Shown here: positions 48,938 to 63,114 of the stretch, one piece after another
Numbering within the stretch: the stretch's first letter is position 1
Layout of the letters: every line of letters begins with the position of its first letter
Assembly (NCBI GenBank): GCA_963924565.1
Contig: OZ004612.1
Coordinates: 12,028,001-12,092,000 of the forward strand
Reading direction: 5' to 3'
Length of the DNA stretch: 64,000 bases
Source: Ascidiella aspersa
Taxonomy: Eukaryota
Translations under genes and position numbers: made by a program
Notes under the pieces: model-generated
What the model was told of the DNA's origin: nothing
Seen by the model: only the letters and a program-made list of their open reading frames with translations
Database searches by the model: none

Positions 48938-51900
48938 TGTTAGAGCCTTAATCGTAGTAATAAAACTTTTTTTTCAATTAATATTACGGCAATGTTCTTT
49001 TCAAGTTGTGTTCAAAAATCTTATAAATAATCCCGACCTATATATATGTAAAGACAAAATGCTTCTATTCGCCTTAATGTCGAAAGTTAGTATTTGTTTT
49101 GTGTGATGCCTGGAATAGGATGCTCTTGTATTAATCTTTTCCCAAGCTTTTCCTGTTTACTGAAACGTGACAAGCTAATTCATTAATTTGGTGCAACAAA
49201 ACATTTTTTTTCTTCGCAAAACCAAATGTGCTGTACTTGCTGAACGCGTAAGTGTATTTCTACTTAATTTTTTACCCTGGTTAACAGAATTTTTTTACGG
49301 AGGTGTGGTAGATTGATTCTAAAAGTGTTTTAGGTGCTGATTCTGAAACTACTCTTAGTTTTCTTTTAGGACATTTGCACTTTTTCTTTCAATGTTTTGC
49401 TGCATAATTAAAATCGACACATTGCGCTCGGTAACACTACCCAACAATAATGTGATTCACGCACACTTGCTGTTTTCCATGTTATATTGAGAAAAACTGC
49501 TATGTTTGCTTATTCAGTGTTTTCCTAACGCAGCAAAAGTTAAATTGTGTGTCCCAAATTGGATTTGCTGCACCATAAATGTAGCAATGAGACATAACTG
49601 AAATAAAACATGGATCTACCGTAGATGGACCTTTTTGCTAGAAGCAGAACATTAAATAATTAGAATATAAGTGGTAGGATTTATGAAACCACGCTGCTTT
49701 ATGTGCTTGTAAAACAAACATCCTTAATTTTCAAATTAGTTTAGTTGCCTACTAATTTGCCGAATTTTCTGACTACCATCTAATGATCATTACATCCGTA
49801 TTTACATCCGTACAAAACGCATTAACTATATCTTTTATAGGCTACCTACATCGAGTTAAATAACATGGTACTAACTGCTCACTTGAACTAACGACATAAA
49901 CGGCTAAAGGGGTCAAATCACTGTAGTTAATTGTTTCGATTTTCACTACAGTTACATCAAACACAAAAATAAAAAATATTAGGCAAACTACTTTTCGTTT
50001 ATCTTTCGAAAGCAGTGAACAAAACAATTTACCCAAAATACCCTTTCTATACAGTTATGCATCGACTGCGATTTCTCTCCATAGCTCGGGAAAGTGTCCA
50101 CAAAAATCGATCATATCTGAGGTCAGTAACAATACATTCTAGCACACCGATTACAATTCATTCTATCAGCAAATGTGACTAAAGCTTGTCAAAATAACTC
50201 AAACAAAATGTTTTTTCTCGTTAATATATTATATAGTTTTTTCATATAAATATTACCATGAAGTTAAAGCAATCTGTCGTTTAAAATACACGTTATATAT
50301 TCATGGAGCGATGCACGTATTTCCTGTGCTAAAAACACAAGTTTGCAACTAATGAATAAACTTGTAAAATTGTGAATGGTTCAACCGTGAGAACTGCCTT
50401 TTTCTGTCCTTCACACCAGCGCAAGGAAGCACTCCTTAAAACAAAACACGTTTTGCGGGCTCAAGGTTTAACTGACGGACAAAAGCATACAACAGGTTCA
50501 TCAATTACGTGTGTCACAAAAGTAGCTGTTGGAAATTAGATTTTACAGGGGAGCATTTTGTGAAAGGCCCGGTCGAAAAGAGGATGTCGGACTCATATAA
50601 ACTGATTGTTTTCAAGGACGAAAAGGACACAGCACGTCATTATTTGACGCCCCAAAGCAAGTTCCGAATCCTGCTGTTCTCGCTAACAATTGTGCGCAAT
50701 TTGCAATTAAAATTGAATTAATACTGAAAGAAAAGGGCAACAAAGGGTTCGCGCGAAGCCTACATATAACTCAGCACAAATCTAAATTAAGGAAACGTGA
50801 CGATTGAGCACTCGCACAGTACTCGGTATGGTAGGATTTATCAAGATCATCTTGATAAAACAATAAGTTGCTTGGGGGCCTTTTGGCGCGTAAGCCTGCA
50901 CAGAATGCATCGTGTTAAAAGTTCGCTCATGGAACAAAAATTAATACCAGGCTTTTATCTTATCTTGTTCATCCGCATACAGATTTGCACAAAACACGTA
51001 AAACTGCTTTACTAAATTTGGTGAAAAAACTTTAATAGGGGCGTTATAAAACATTTCAATAGCATGGGTATATTATTAAATTTGCTCAACACTTTAGGAC
51101 CGAATACATACTCTCAAAACACAAAAAATTACTTAAGTTAATTTATGCAAACTTTTATTTTAGAGACTACAATACTACGTGCAAAAATCTCTTTAAACTT
51201 ATAAAAATTGCACATAGTTAAAATTCGCAAAACAAATAATTTAGGTGGCATTTTTAGATCTTCTCCTGGTAAAGCAAGCTAAACAAAATGAATACATTTG
51301 TTGCTTTTTATCTCCTTACAAACGTTTATAGTGACTATTCTCGTTCAAAATGTGCTACGAAGTCGACTCACATGTGTCTTCATGTTTGCGCAAAATAAAC
51401 ATAACGCGAAAAAATGTTGTGTGAAAAACGATCCGCCGGCTGGATACGGCCCACTGCCCGCATTTTACACAAGACTGGAATAAATTATTATTCTCAATCG
51501 GTTAACTAGGACTCGGCTAGAGCATACGTCTACTGCGGTAAACACTTCTTTTATGAGAATAAGGATTTATTTTTGCAAAATACCATTTTTATTTAGCTAT
51601 CTTTATATTATAGGATAGAGTAGTGGTCGGCAAACTGTGGACCGCGGCCCAAATGTGGATAGAACACCGCTTTGGCGTATAGCGTTTCTGGTGTAAGGCT
51701 CTGGAACTTAGGGCGAGGACCAAAGCTGCATAGGTCTCTTACATGCTCCTTGCATGTATGTGACTCTAAAGCAGCAGGCCGATAAAAATACCTGTCCTCA
51801 TAAATTCTTGAACTCTAGAAAGATTCGCTGCACTCAGTTGATACTGCTCCTTAACAGTTAAATCTCGGTAAAAAAAGATAACGTAACTAGGTGATTGAAG

Positions 51901-52829
51901 CCGCTAGTATTAAGCCGAAAAAAAAAGAATGGCGTCAAGTAAAATTAATGAAGAATTATATTGGTCACACGCCAGTGAACACCTGTCTCAAGCATTACAC
52001 TACGCAGCGCAGTCGGGTAACATTGGCGAAATCGGTTGCGCTATACGGCATTAAACTACTTTACCCGGTTATGTTATATTGCTGTGTTAGTGCTTCAAAC
52101 AACAAAACCAAATGAAAGATCCATAATATTTATCACTTTTTTCCATGTTTTAAAAACTTGTTGTGGTCTGCAGGAAAACAGTAAAAAATAACTTTAATCC
52201 ATTTTACTGACTTTTAACCATTACCGGTATACGAGGTTCGTTAAACACTTCAAAATTCGGCTTGCCCTGCTGAAATCAAAAGTCGGCTTGCCCTGCTAAA
52301 AAATGTTTCCACTAATTGTTTGTAGTATATTAACAAGTTCTTATAAAATTTGCAACACTTGTTCTTAGTTTTACAACCTCCTTGAGCCTTTTTGCTTTAA
52401 CTTCTTAAATGTCTATCTTGCTAATTGCCATTTCGCAAAACCTATAGTACGTTCTAAAGTTCACACTACACTTTTAGTGATATTAAGCGTTTGTTGCAGG
52501 TTAGATACTGACTTTAACTAGCTCTAACGGCATCCACTATTAACTGATCTGTTGCCACGTATGCCAAATCTGATTACCAAACATGTCACAGTATTTCCGT
52601 TTGGGTTAATTTACTGCATCCTCTCCACAGAATTGAATCATTGAATTCCATGGAACACTGAAACAACAAGTTGCCAACTTTGTTTTATCGTGTGGTATGT
52701 GCAGCAGTTTTTGAAAATCTGACCAAATGCCGACTATTCTGTTCGAATAGCATGATTGGTTGTGACGACATCACGCCTGCCTATGTGTGTTATTTCAAAC
52801 TGTCATCATATTGCTTAGAGGCGCTTTGT

Positions 52830-53280
52830 CAAGAACCTTAACCGAACCCGAACCTGTAAATAAAAGCGGTTCGCTCCTGCATGACGTCACAATTCTATTT
52901 TACAGAGTCAGTTACGCCATATTCGAAATTTTATGAAAAAATGTGAATATTGAATGAAAAAATCGTTGATTTTTTATTTTTTAGATATTTCAATAATGAG
53001 TTGCTGTTTTTTTATTACATCACGTAACTTAGATTAAATGACTTACAATTCAAAGATTATTCTCTACATTTAGCAACTCACATTTTGAGATTTAACGCAA
53101 ATTATATTGTATCTGAACCGGAACTTTATGAACCGGTTTTGAAATAGCGATGGTCGAACCGGAGCTGAACCGGAACTTTTAAATTCCTCCGAACCGAAAC
53201 CGGAACTGAACCGGATTCCGAAAAAATTCTTGAACCCGAACCGAACCTGAACCGGAAAAGTCAAACGGTTCGACTCCCTG
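52830..53280. mobile_element. hAT-like element remnant with GAACC(G) subterminal repeats
   Basis: More than 10 GAACC/AACCG motifs clustered at both ends; terminus CGGTTCGACTCCCTG. Confidence 0.65.
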
Positions 53281-56200
53281 ATTCTAAGTAACTAATTGTT
53301 GGAACTTGTGTTTGGCGAAACTTAGAGAATTACGCATACTGTGAAAAACTGAATGTTGATTGAATAGACCTGCATCGCAAAAATAATTGGTGAGTTTAAT
53401 TTAATCTGCGAATTTGTTTATGTTCGTTATTTAGCAGTTGGATTTCTTGCTTAGAAACCGTGCTTCGGCCCGTCATCGTGCCACATGAAAGTACTTCGCT
53501 GCTACTTGAGTATGCTGTATGAATTTGGCGTTGTTGCATAAGGTTTGGAGACTGTCATCATTGTACGTTAGGGCAAGGTGCGTGTTTCAACGTGACAATG
53601 ACAAACCCCTTTGTGAGACTCAGCCTGCAGGAGTTTACACAGACTGCAGTACTCTCTTCGGCCACCATACCATATCAATATATCATTTTGTAGCTATGTC
53701 TATGCAGGGCTTGATGTTGTAATCAAAGTTTAATGCGACAGTTCTTGAACAGGAAAAAATAATAATAGGAGGATAATTTAAGCCCATGATCAAATGAAAT
53801 ATCATGATTTTTTTTTTGTTGTTAATGCACATCTGTATCAGAACCAGCCTGCCAATATACTTCATCCGGCCCGCCACCTCTTTGACAAATTAGACACGAG
53901 TCCATTTTAAATACGTTTTGACTATTTTATGTAAATGCGAAAAATTTTTGCGCTTCGCGCTAATGATCTTTATGCATCCAGATCCAGTGTGTTTACGTTT
54001 TGATGCTCTTTTTGAACTAGATCAGCGCTTCTTTACTGTTGCGCCGTGGAAAGCTGCCAAATGCGTCGCGGAAAAACGGAAAACGTATTCGAACATAATC
54101 GACAAATATTTTTTAACCAATTTTTTTAAATGTAACAAAAACAAGAAATTAAAAGAAATTTTACGTTTTATTTCCTTCAGTTTATGAGACCAATTTCGGG
54201 TGTAAATAAGCATTTTTTAATTTTTAGCCCACAAGGAATATTCATGACGTCATTATGAATATTCATGAAGTCATCATTATGACGTGATAGACACGAGATT
54301 TTTCTGGGATAATTTGTTGGGGGTTTCTTGAGACCCTAATAGTGTTTAATCACGAAAAAAATTGGTTTTAGATTTCGGCGTTTTGTTAACTGATGGCTTC
54401 ACTAGTCTATTGTGGGCAGCAAACGAACTGCGTTTTGTGGCTGCGAATAGGACTGGTATTCAACGAATACATGTTTTCTTTACAAAACTGCAATGGTACT
54501 ACTTTAAATAGTATGTTGTTAAAAAATGATCAATTTTATTTACGTAGCCTACCTATCTTACTTGTTATATTCGCGTGTCAATCCATGTTTGTTGAAAGTT
54601 TTGAAGTAATAATCTGAACAAGGGCCTGCTTTACTCAACAAATTTATAACTGTATTTGTTAAACGGCTATAGCTGCAATTTACCACTATTACGACGTAAT
54701 AATTGCAAGGTTATTTTTATAATCCTAAGTCACCGGTTCTCGAACTTGTCTTTCGAAGCAGTCTCCTTGCAATTTGGCGACGATGAACGGTCTAAAAAGT
54801 GATACGATGTCAAACCAAACAGATAAATAATTAATATTACAATTTTAGCATTGATCTTTGCAATACTTGGACAAGATTTCAAAATCCACTTTCTAAACTA
54901 CTTTAGGCGAGGTTCATTTTTTACATTGCAGTGGTGGAAACGTTTTCAGTTGTGGAATTAATCAAATGTTTGCCATCTCAATTTTATTACGACAGAGTCG
55001 AACGCTTATCTATTTTGCCTCACGTTAAGCAAAGTCATTTTGCAATGTCTCAGTCAAGTCATTCGCAAAACAATTTATTACCAGGTTGTTTTAAATCATA
55101 AGCAAGTAAAGTACGGGCCATTGACTGAAGTCATTTTAACGCGGTTACTTGTAGCCTACTATGCATGCAAAGTAAAAAGGATACAAAATTTGATTTATTA
55201 GCATACAGTAAAATATAGTAATTAATAATTGTACTCACTTTGAATGGCAGAACTTCACTTCAAACGTAGATCGACGTTTAAACAGATACGAAAAACCCTG
55301 TCAGATAGCAAACAGATTAAAAAAGTTAAGAGAGAGCTAACAGACCGGACTACCTTCCAAACCTCAACTTATGAAACACGAACAGGAGTGGTTAATTAGA
55401 GAAAGGGCTTGAGGATTTTTACATAAATGAGAATAAGAGCTAGCGAGAAAAAAGTTTAACACGTAGAACAAGCATTTGTCGGCTGTTAGCTCAGGAAACT
55501 GCAGCGTGAAACAATATCCGCAAGATTTTGGAAATGAAACAGACGTGTTGGTTACAGGAAGTATCAGACGCTCAATCCAACAGACGCGATAAACGACTGT
55601 ACGTTATTTTGAAGTCTACTGCAGTGACTTAAACTGTTTGTGGCGATTTTTTTTTTAATTTTTTTTAAATCTTTTATATGTAGTAACAAAAGGCGTCCGG
55701 GTAACGTTCGTCTACTTATTCTTTTGCTTTATCCCCTGTCTTTAAAAAATGTCCGAATGAATGCTTCTATCCAGTTCTTTAGGTTGTATTCGATGTGAAG
55801 TTAGTTTCTTTCCACTGATGTTCCTTGATTTTTTTCCTTGATTTTTTTTCGAAGATCACTCCGATAAAAATGTAGATGAAGGGCTCCATGACGTGAAGTC
55901 CAATAGAGTAGAAGGCCCACATTCTGGATATCCACAAGATATCTTTTTTAAAAAGAAAACCTGTGCATCTATACGTTCAGTACTTTCATATTTTATGAGT
56001 GTTGCACCTTCGATGAACTGATGGGTAGAGCTATTGTAATCTGCCGATTTGTGACAAGACCAACATAAATTCTAAGCATGCAAACAAAATAAAACAATTA
56101 AAAAGATACGAAATAGAACGTTATTCCAGCTTCAAATGAGCAAAAGAAATAGGTAACTCAATAACTGTTGTGAGCTGACAAGTAAGGAAAGTAAGGACTG

Positions 56201-56530
56201 AATACATCCCGGAACCTGAATAGTAATTGAATAGGACATCTTCGTCTAATATAACGCAAAGGCTCGTCTTTAAAAGATGTTTCCCCAATTTCGAGATGTG
56301 GAAGTTTCTAACATCTGTTATAACAGGACTACTACTGGGAGATTCTGGAAGGGTTGCAAGTTCTGAAATATCTAAAACATAAGAAAAATTAATCCTGTCT
56401 ATATGGAGACACTGTTACTGCGTAGGAAGCACTTAGGATGCTTTTCGAGAATCCTAAAAGTAGGCTACCGTCAAAATAACAATATAAACTGCCTCTATAT
56501 AAACTGTTGCTACCAGGCATGGTTAAACTT

Positions 56531-56816
56531 ACCAGAGGAGCTGTTTTTGATTTATATTATTAAAATTACCAGAGGAGCTGTTTTTGATTTATATTATTAA
56601 AATTACCAGAGGAGCTGTTTTTGATTTATATTATTAAAATTACCAGAGGAGCTGTTTTTGATTTATATTATTAAAATTACCAGAGGAGCTGTTTTTGATT
56701 TATATTATTAAAATTACCAGAGGAGCTGTTTTTGATTTATATTATTAAAATTACCAGAGGAGCTGTTTTTGATTTATATTATTAAAATTACCAGAGGAGC
56801 TGTTTTTGATTTATAT
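56531..56816. repeat. Perfect 37-bp minisatellite, ~7.7 copies
   Basis: Unit ACCAGAGGAGCTGTTTTTGATTTATATTATTAAAATT at 56531, 56568, 56605, 56642, 56679, 56716, 56753 and 56790 (partial); no spacers. Confidence 0.97.
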
Positions 56817-59800
56817 AAACTGCCTTTGTTGGCGACGACCCCCACAAAAGAATGAGTACAGGAAGATGTTGGAGTTACACCTTCGTATTTTTTTTTACGA
56901 GGAATAAAACATTGTAGCGACATTTTGTCAGTTGCTGCGACTTCTCATGTCGAGGCACTTTTGCAACGTCAGTTTCGAAAAATTCGCCAGGCAAACCAAA
57001 AAAGGTTGATCCATATAATAATTCAGCAACACCACAATCAATATCTGATTTGTATCAGGGCTGAGGAATAGAAGTCGGGATTTGGCACTTGACGAAGTCG
57101 GTTTATTTTGCTGGAGTCGGACTTGGGACTCGAGGAAGTCTAAAAGTCCGTTTGTACTATGGCTGCGTTGAGCCTATTGTTTACAAAGGTCACATGATGA
57201 ATCAGCTGTTTTTTTTTGTTTCCTTCCGTTAATTAGTAGCCATGGTACATTAAACTAACTGGCATAGAAAATAATGTTGAATTTTCCTGCAATTTAAAAT
57301 AGATAAATTGACTACATTGTTTGTATGCAGCCACATTTTACAACAAAAAAGTGTTTTTCAAAGTGCAAATTTCATTACGCAGATATAGAGATACATTTCA
57401 ACCTTTATATTTAATTTATCTAGGTACATTGTTTATGTCAAACTTATTATGTGAATTACAAAATGAATATTCCAGCAAAACTGCATAAAGTCACTCTGTG
57501 ATTAATTTTGTTGTCGCACCATTCTAAGCAAAATGACTTTCACGCTTTAAAGGCAGTCAAGCAAATCGTAAGAACTGCTCCGAAGCATAACTTTTATCTA
57601 ACTGCGCGGGGCAAGTAAAGCGTTACGCTTTGCTCAGCTCACACCAGCGTGTGCAGCACCAGCTTTGAAATCTGTAAGCGCTTGCGATTTTAAACACTTA
57701 ATTATAAAATTGGGCATATCTTTCAAAATGAATTCCAAATCCGATTTCGATTTAAACATTCCAAACTGGTAATGCCAGATTTGTTTGTTCAAAATTAGTA
57801 CGTTTCACATTTTTTTGCAGGTTACAACTAGCAAAAGGTGTTCGCTGTGGGTTTTCAATTCTTTTTAGTGGCAGTTTTAAAGGCATAAATTCTAATAATT
57901 TGTTAAAGTTGTTTGGCAAAAACCAACAATGGTTAAAATGTTGTTATTCAAAAAATGATGATTTATAGTTTTTTTTTTTTTATAGACATTAGCAACGTTT
58001 TAGAAGTGTTAGAACTCTTTCAAAATTAGTTTAGGTCAAGTGTGGGGAAAATTATGCTTTACAAGACTGACATGCTTTACCTCTATGGAACCCCCCTGTT
58101 CATGTAGGCTACTAAGTTTTATATAGTGTATTAAGAGTCCTTTCAGTTTGGATGCGTTGACCTAGTTACCATACGACGCTCCTCGATTGCTGCTAAACTA
58201 TTACATGCGTGTTACTTTAAGCACGCAACCATGCACTTTTATGTTTAAGTTTGGGCAAGCTTGTATCGTTGGCGGTTTAGGCAAACATTGGCCCTGGGTT
58301 TTGGCGTTTAATATAATTTATCGCTGATCATCAATTTGATTCTAGTAGTGCCGAGCAATTGCAAAATATCAACCTTTGTAAACTTAAGATCCAAGATCTC
58401 CCCCCCCCCCCCCAAAAAAAAAAAAATAAATAAATTAATTAATTAATATTTTACTCTTAATCATTTTTTTTTGTAGCATTTATAAGCAGTACCACAAAAG
58501 TCGATCACAGGAATGCCACACCTTCAATTGCCATGCATTGTTACGTCATAAACGATGTAGTTAATAAACGTTTGTTATACAATAATGTATAGTTTTACTA
58601 CTTCATTCAGCTTTTGTTCTTTGACTGTGTATTGCGTTGACACTCAGTCAGTTGCTGCTGAAAACGGTTTGCTAGCATTATTGTTTGGGATCGTTACGGC
58701 AGTTAATACAATGGCAAAAGCCAAAGAAAAAATTCCAACTTTTTGGCCCCCAAAAAAATTTTCGGCTGGCTACGCCACTGCTAAAATCGCACAAAGCTCC
58801 GTTGCAGCATATTTTTATGACTTTTTACATATACTAAAAGTACGTGTGAAGATTTAATTCGATGAAAAAGTGCATTCCTAATTAAACTCGACACATGCTT
58901 AAATTATCTGAGAAAAAAATGTACACCATTTATTTGCTTACTTTGCTTTTTATTTGATATTTCAGACACATCAAGTTAAACGTCACGTCATTCCGATTTG
59001 GAAGTCAGCACTCCCGTCAATAAAACGAGAATAAATAATTTAATTTTACAGTTGAGATATTTTTAATGGTTCTGGTCCAAGTCTTCAATATTATCGGAAC
59101 AACCTTTAGTCCGGCATAGAATGAAACCAAATATTTTGATCATGTTTCAGCTACTGCAGTGGTTGGAACACGTACCCCTAGGCCAGTATAATCTCAGGTG
59201 TGCACTGTGCAGCTGAAAATTTTGAGGTGTGCAGATGTGCAGGTTTGCGGTAAGGTAGTCGGATTACAACTGCGGAATCAGCGGCAGACCACAACAGCAG
59301 CGGGATACGGTCGCGCTGAAGAATGGGCCACTTGTCGTGCCGACAACGCGCCGTTACAGTAACCAGAGAAGAGACGTTGTTCTTGTTGCGTATCTCATTG
59401 CAATCATTGCAAATGTAGTTTTTTTGGGCGATCCCGCGGTTTTGAACGGCAAGTTAGTGCTTGGAAGTGTTTGGGATCTTTAACCTGCAAGTATCTTGCG
59501 TTTATATCTTGGAAACCTATTTAAAATCGAAGATGTATCGCGCTACATTTTCTTTGCAATAAAGCGGCTAAAAATATATTGGGACCCAATTTCGCTTTAA
59601 ACCTAAATGATTTAAATGGCGAACACTCACGTGTTTTAGTTCTCTCAGTTTAAACATTATTATCGTATTTTGTGTTTATTTTTGACCTAAACTTCCAAGG
59701 GTCTTAAACAGCCAGTATCTGCTGTGTGTTTAGATTAGAATCTCAACTGTGAAAATAAAGACTGAAATAAATAAATTTGAAAGATTTATCGTTTACAAAT

Positions 59801-61551
59801 AAAGTTAGCTTGTATAGGTGAACGATTGTACATACGTGTCCTAAAAAAATGTTCGGCTTGTATTTTTCATATTGCAGGTATTTAAAAAATTAGGCCTACC
59901 GTTGCAAACAGGAGTGATTATTTCTAAAATAAGATAAAATTATAAAATAAAGTTGTACCGTGATGACCATATATATATAGTATCCAGTTGAGTTGCTGAT
60001 CGTTTTGATTTGAACGGATAATTTGAAAGTGTGTTTCGGGATAAAATCATATAGTAATCATATTAGCGCATCTTATAGTGTCTGTATAAATGACTATTGT
60101 TGCTCTTATGTGCAATTAAGGTATGTTATTTATTAACGTAAATATGCCAAAAGTGCCCGACTATATGTTACGCTTTTCCGCCATTTTCTCTTCTGTGCGA
60201 ACCTCCTAGCAATTTCGGCTTTGAAAAGAGGAAGTATAGCGATACACACAAGTAAATGGTCGTTAGACGGATGAGGGCTTTCTCATTATGATTTGTAGCC
60301 TGGTGCTTTTTCATTTTTTTATTTAATAATAAAATAAATTAGCTTCGGGATAAACGTGCGGCTATAAGAGAGCAAACAGAGCAAGAAAAAGATAACGATA
60401 AAAATTACGAGACCTTCATTGTGACTTTTATTCTTTATTCTGTTTTAAAATATAACAGCTAGAAATGATGTCTATATATTTAAGTATTTTTTGTCTATCA
60501 CGCTTTTGGCATTGAAAAAACAGCACTGGCGACAAATTGTTGATAGCCTATATGCATATACGCCCTAATTTAAAGCATAAGACCTGCATTTCAATTCTGA
60601 TAATGAAATCAAAGGTTTAAACTTTAAAGATTTTGCTGCTCCCCAATTTCCTAATTATCAAGTGAATTTGGCCTGCGGCGTGCATAACCTTTGCAAGTCG
60701 GCCACTGGCGAAATTGATTTCAGATAATCCATGCAGCCTTTAAAATTGATTTATCTTTCAGTTTATTGTGTCAAAGTTTATCCTTTTCTATACAACCACA
60801 AAGGTAGAAATATGACGAACTGCATTTATCGCACAGGCAGGACGTGTTTGCACAAACGCTTTGTATATTTCTGCCTTTTGGGGTCAAATGCGGCCTGTGG
60901 ATTAAATCAGACAAGTTGTTGGTTCGGCAACGAAGAGGAAATTTGTTTGTTTGTTAGTTTTCTTTAGTTTTTTTTTATCTCATTTTTAACATATCGCCAA
61001 TTTTAATTTTTTTGTAAAAAACGCATTGAAAACAATCCACGCATCATTTTTTTATACACATAACAGGTCAACACAATAGAACTTCTATCATGGGATTTTC
61101 AACCAATTATTACCCCCTTCTAAAACCCTTGGTGACGGAATTTTACAGCTTAAAATGTTGTTTTTGTTCGGTTCGTCACTAACTGAACCAAGGTTTTTTG
61201 GAAAGAAGGTCAATTAAGAATACAGGAATTGCATTTTGAATGACATGCATAAACCATCAACATGTAAACCTAAGTAGATCATCAACACCTCCCGGAAAAT
61301 AATGCAATTTTCATTTTCTAAACAGTTAGCACACAGTCACTAAATGCCAGCCAAGCGCGTAATTTCACCTTTTTAGAATGTACATCGATTTTACTAATAT
61401 TGTGGCCCATCAAGATTTCTTTCATTTTGCTTAGCTTAGTAGTGAAAACTTTTTGTATAGAAATGCCAAAAATACAACTTTACTTTCCTATTCCTTAAAC
61501 AAACAAAACATTCTAATTGTGGCGTAACGTTTGTGATTTTAGCTTGCGTAG

Positions 61552-61714
61552 TACACCGAAAAGCCATCACGAACTCGCCGAACCTGTCGATCAATGATGC
61601 AAGCAGGGCAGATCAGGAAAACAAGTAGCCTGCATTGCGATTCGAACTTACGACCTGCGGTTGCAGCAACTATTATGCCGGGGCGTCGCTCTACCAAATG
61701 AGCTATACAGGCTC
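61552..61714 (-). mobile_element. tRNA-derived SINE
   Basis: Minus strand: AGCCTGTA-TAGCTCATTTGGTAGAGC (A box) ... GTTCGAATC (B box) ... TGCAGGCT acceptor-like stem, followed by a non-tRNA body; multiple copies in the window. Confidence 0.75.
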
Positions 61715-61915
61715 ATAGAGGAGTGGGTCGAGAAACAACCATAGACCAATACTTGCTGCATGCTGTTAGTACAAGCAACTTCACATTGAAGGGGATCAAC
61801 AATACCTTATCAATCAATAAAAGACACACACACTGATATGTTTAATACAACTGTAATCTAGCCCCTCGGAAGTTGCTTTTTGAACTATTAAGGCTTCCGT
61901 AGTATTATAGTAGCC

Positions 61916-62025
61916 TACACCGGAAAGCCATCGCAGACTCGCCGAATCTGTCGATCAATGATGCAAGCAGGGCAGACCAGAAAAACAACTAGCCTGCAGT
62001 GAGGTTCAAACTCACGATCTCCGAT
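61916..62025 (-). mobile_element. Second, 5'-truncated SINE copy
   Basis: Near-identical to 61552-61660 (TACACCG-AAAGCCATC...TGTCGATCAATGATGCAAGCAGGGCAGA). Confidence 0.8.
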
Positions 62026-62619
62026 GACAGTAGTTTATTATTACATGTATAAGTCTTAAAACATTTCTTATGAGAGCACAATGCTTAAACTTTTTAACGC
62101 GGAAAACTTTAGAATTTTAGAGTTGAGGTCATAAAAAACCTGATGACAAATATGAAAAGAATGAAATGAAATCTAAATAAATTTAAGAATAATGCACTAA
62201 AGCGTTGTTTTTGAAATTATTCTCTTTTCATAAAAAATTAATTCGATTTCTTAAATAATACCTTCATGGACATGACCCCTGTATCACTTTTGCCATTTAT
62301 TCACTTTATATGCCTGTGTGGAATATATATTAAAGCAGGTGTTACCCGTTTGTCAGTATGCTTTATAAGAACCTACATGTCTGTGTAACCCAGTGATTCT
62401 TAAACCAGGCAACACTTTTGCTTTCAAAAATATATCAGGCCCCACTAGACCTACTACATTTTATGAGATTATGTAATCGCACCACTTTTTGCTACGAAAA
62501 GGGATGTTCAAAGTAAAATCCTAAGGTATCCAAGAATGATAGGTTTGGAATCTAGAATAACCAGAATATGGAAATGGAATTCAAGCACATTTTATTTATT
62601 TACCTTTTTTTCGAGTGAA

Positions 62620-63114
62620 TTATTAAAAAAACACCCTTTCTAGTTTTCTAATTTAAATTAAAGAAAAACGAGGCTAATTCTAATTCTAATTTAATTTGAA
62701 AATTGAATGAGTGCTTTAATTCTAGTTCTAATTTAATTCGGATTTTACCAAATGTGCTACTTTGTCCAACGGCATTTTTAGTCTATCAGTCAAAACAAAG
62801 AATTTGAATTAAAACCTTTTGGTCGAAAATAATTTTAGGTGATTTTTTCAGTCTAAAGAGCATAAGGTATGGCTAAAAGCATATAATTTACCCATACAAT
62901 TTCCTCAAATATATTTGCCATTCACTTATTAGAATGTTTTGCAACTTAAACTAAATTGATGGCGAATAATTGAATGTAATTCTAGTTAAAATTCGTTTTT
63001 TTTTATATTCGGTAATTCTAATTCTAATCTATTTTGAAAAAAAAACTAAATTGATCTAATTCTAATTTCAATCTCATTTTAAAAGTTAAAATAAAATTTA
63101 GTTGTCCAAGTCTG
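62620..63114. mobile_element. Inverted copy of the 43723-44103 MITE family
   Basis: TTCTAA repeats, TATTCGGTAATTCTAATTCTAATCTA and terminus TAGTTGTCCAAGTCTG are reverse complements of the 43.7-kb element; left boundary uncertain. Confidence 0.75.

Noticed and set aside
56531-56816. CRISPR array (37-bp repeats)
   Set aside because: Units are head-to-tail with no spacers, no cas genes are present, and the context is eukaryotic.
61628-61714. Functional tRNA gene
   Set aside because: Anticodon arm is not canonical, and the sequence continues into a body repeated elsewhere, consistent with a SINE.
43723-63114. One 19-kb transposon with long inverted ends
   Set aside because: The left copy has its own 8-bp TSD (ATAGTAGG) at 381 bp, so these are independent MITE copies.
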